A program made the translations under genes and the position numbers. 64,000 bases of DNA from assembly GCA_012719125.1 (NCBI GenBank), contig JAAYAY010000013.1:1-64000 (forward strand). Direction: 5' to 3'. The DNA is from Planctomycetaceae bacterium (GTDB lineage: Bacteria; Planctomycetota; Planctomycetia; Pirellulales; Thermoguttaceae). Below, piece by piece: positions 62,915 to 64,000 of this stretch. The notes beneath the pieces were generated by a model, which was not told the origin of the DNA, searched no databases, and worked only from the letters and a program-made list of their open reading frames with translations. The stretch's first letter is position 1, and the number at the start of each line of letters is the position of its first letter.

Positions 62915-63780
62915 TGAACCTCATGCCGACGCTTCAGAGGGCGCTGACCGACGTCCTCTACGAGACAAAGGACGAGGCACTGCGACTGATCGTTGGCGGC
63001 GGTTACGGCATCTACCTCAAACGAGAATACGTCCGAGACAATGGGATTCGGACACTACTGCGTGAGTGGCCGGAAGCCCAATCCACGAACGATCTCGATC
63101 TCTTCTTGCCGCCGGAGTTGCTCGTCGATTCAGCACGATTGAAGCCGCTTGGGTCGGCGCTCCAGCGTCTCGGTTACAAAGTCATCCGTGGAGCGGAGAA
63201 ATTCCAGTTTGCCAAACTGGGACCGGACGGGGGACAGGCGGGTAGCCTCAAAATCGACCTATTGACAGGCCCCAGAAGCAGTTTCGCAGGGACTTCCGCC
63301 CGAGTCGACGAAAGGCGAGTTCGGCCACGTCCGTCAGTCGATGTCCATGCACACCCGGTCGATGAAGCATTGACACTCGAAGAAGGACTGTTGCCCCTGA
63401 CGCTCCATGGCGTCACGAGCGGCGGCATCGCCCATGATGCGACGGTGTACGTCCCGCATCCGCTGACATTCACCATGATGAAGCTGTTCGCATTTCGCGA
63501 CCGGCTGAACGACGAAAGCAAGGATTTCGCTCGCTATCATGCGCTGGACATCTATACGGTGCTGGCCACCACCACAGAGAAGGAGTGGGATGAGGCATTG
63601 GAGCTGAGTGAGACCTACCATGCGGCACCCGTCGTCATCGAAGCTGCCCAAGTCGTGAAAGACCATTTCGCCGGCCAGGACAGCCTGGGAATGCTGCGGC
63701 TCCGAGAGAGTCCATACGCCAGGCCGGAACTGCAACTGGGAGAATTCCTCGATGCGTTGCAAGAGCTTCTTCTGTCGTAG
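62911..63780 (+). CDS. Nucleotidyltransferase-fold protein, AbiEii/AbiGii toxin-like
   Basis: 'IVGGGYGIYLK...(about 25 aa)...NDLDLFL' fits the NTase 'hGG...DhDh' motif of the AbiEii family. 'KLFAFRDRLNDESKDFARYHALDIYTV' matches the AbiEii C-terminal 'K..R...aRDlYDl' motif. Confidence 0.6.
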   Translation: MMNLMPTLQRALTDVLYETKDEALRLIVGGGYGIYLKREYVRDNGIRTLLREWPEAQSTNDLDLFLPPELLVDSARLKPLGSALQRLGYKVIRGAEKFQFAKLGPDGGQAGSLKIDLLTGPRSSFAGTSARVDERRVRPRPSVDVHAHPVDEALTLEEGLLPLTLHGVTSGGIAHDATVYVPHPLTFTMMKLFAFRDRLNDESKDFARYHALDIYTVLATTTEKEWDEALELSETYHAAPVVIEAAQVVKDHFAGQDSLGMLRLRESPYARPELQLGEFLDALQELLLS

Positions 63781-63922
63781 ATCGGCTGGAACATCAAGTT
63801 AACCGGCTCCTCCCGAGGCATCATCGTACCCAAGCAGACCCGCTCTCCTCGCACTCGCTGAAGACCGTAGAAGTCCACTGCGTCGCACGGAATTGCTCCT
63901 CATGTCTCGGGTTACCTGCCTC

Positions 63923-64000
63923 TCACCCCGTCTCCAGGATGTAGGTGGGCAGGTTCACGCCTCGATAGGGTTGATGAGGACCGAGGGTCTGGCCGAAGTG
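63923..64000 (-). CDS. 3' end of an unidentified minus-strand gene running off the window edge
   Basis: Open frame from the window edge ending '...VNLPTYILETG*'; GC returns to the high background. Too short to identify. Confidence 0.25.
   Translation of the reverse strand, partial: HFGQTLGPHQPYRGVNLPTYILETG

Noticed and set aside
63615-63878. 87-aa minus-strand ORF at the end of the islet
   Set aside because: Overlaps the AbiEii-like gene antisense; no features; likely spurious.
1-64000. CRISPR arrays, rRNA, sigma-54 (-24/-12) promoters
   Set aside because: No regularly spaced direct repeats with unique spacers and no rRNA-like conserved stretches. A TGGCAC-N5-TTGCA scan by eye found only non-matching partials: 7171, 9547, 41921.

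Overview
This is a high-GC window that looks planctomycete in origin. Large secreted proteins carry the N-terminal motif 'EALEPRRVLAAP' / 'EPLESRLLLA'. Many enzymes have twin-arginine signal peptides, and there is a giant secretin. Coding density is high on both strands, and most antisense ORFs in the six-frame track are GC artefacts. There are no rRNA genes or CRISPR arrays, and no convincing tRNA. Main contents, left to right: (1) a DUF433/DUF5615 toxin-antitoxin-like pair, a sigma-70 factor, DegP, and a histidine kinase with a sigma-54 activator. (2) A large sugar-oxidation toolkit, matching what has been described as an oxidative 3-keto-glycoside cleavage route: several Gfo/Idh/MocA oxidoreductases (two with Tat signals, one cytoplasmic, one decayed fragment), two ThuA-like proteins, xylose-isomerase-like TIM barrels, TetR and ROK regulators, a KduI/IolB-like cupin, an FSA/transaldolase-like aldolase, an aldehyde dehydrogenase and two tandem DUF1080 proteins. 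(3) A small XRE–ACP–alpha/beta-hydrolase cluster with a translationally coupled basic micro-ORF, then flotillin/NfeD, Rrf2 and an ANTAR response regulator. (4) Aconitase and RluA. (5) A cell-envelope module: a 1,099-aa cyclophilin–He_PIG protein, a 1,260-aa secretin, a pilotin-like lipoprotein, a BON protein and a 452-aa Ser/Asp/Tyr/Gly low-complexity secreted protein. (6) A CtpA peptidase convergent with a beta-helix protein carrying about 7 novel 37-aa repeats. (7) A lower-GC islet at the 3' end with an overlapping two-gene module: a PD-(D/E)xK + wHTH protein and an AbiEii-like nucleotidyltransferase. Several intergenic regions carry unusual repeats. My line-label coordinates are uncertain by ±1 in a few places; CDS coordinates follow the ORF track.
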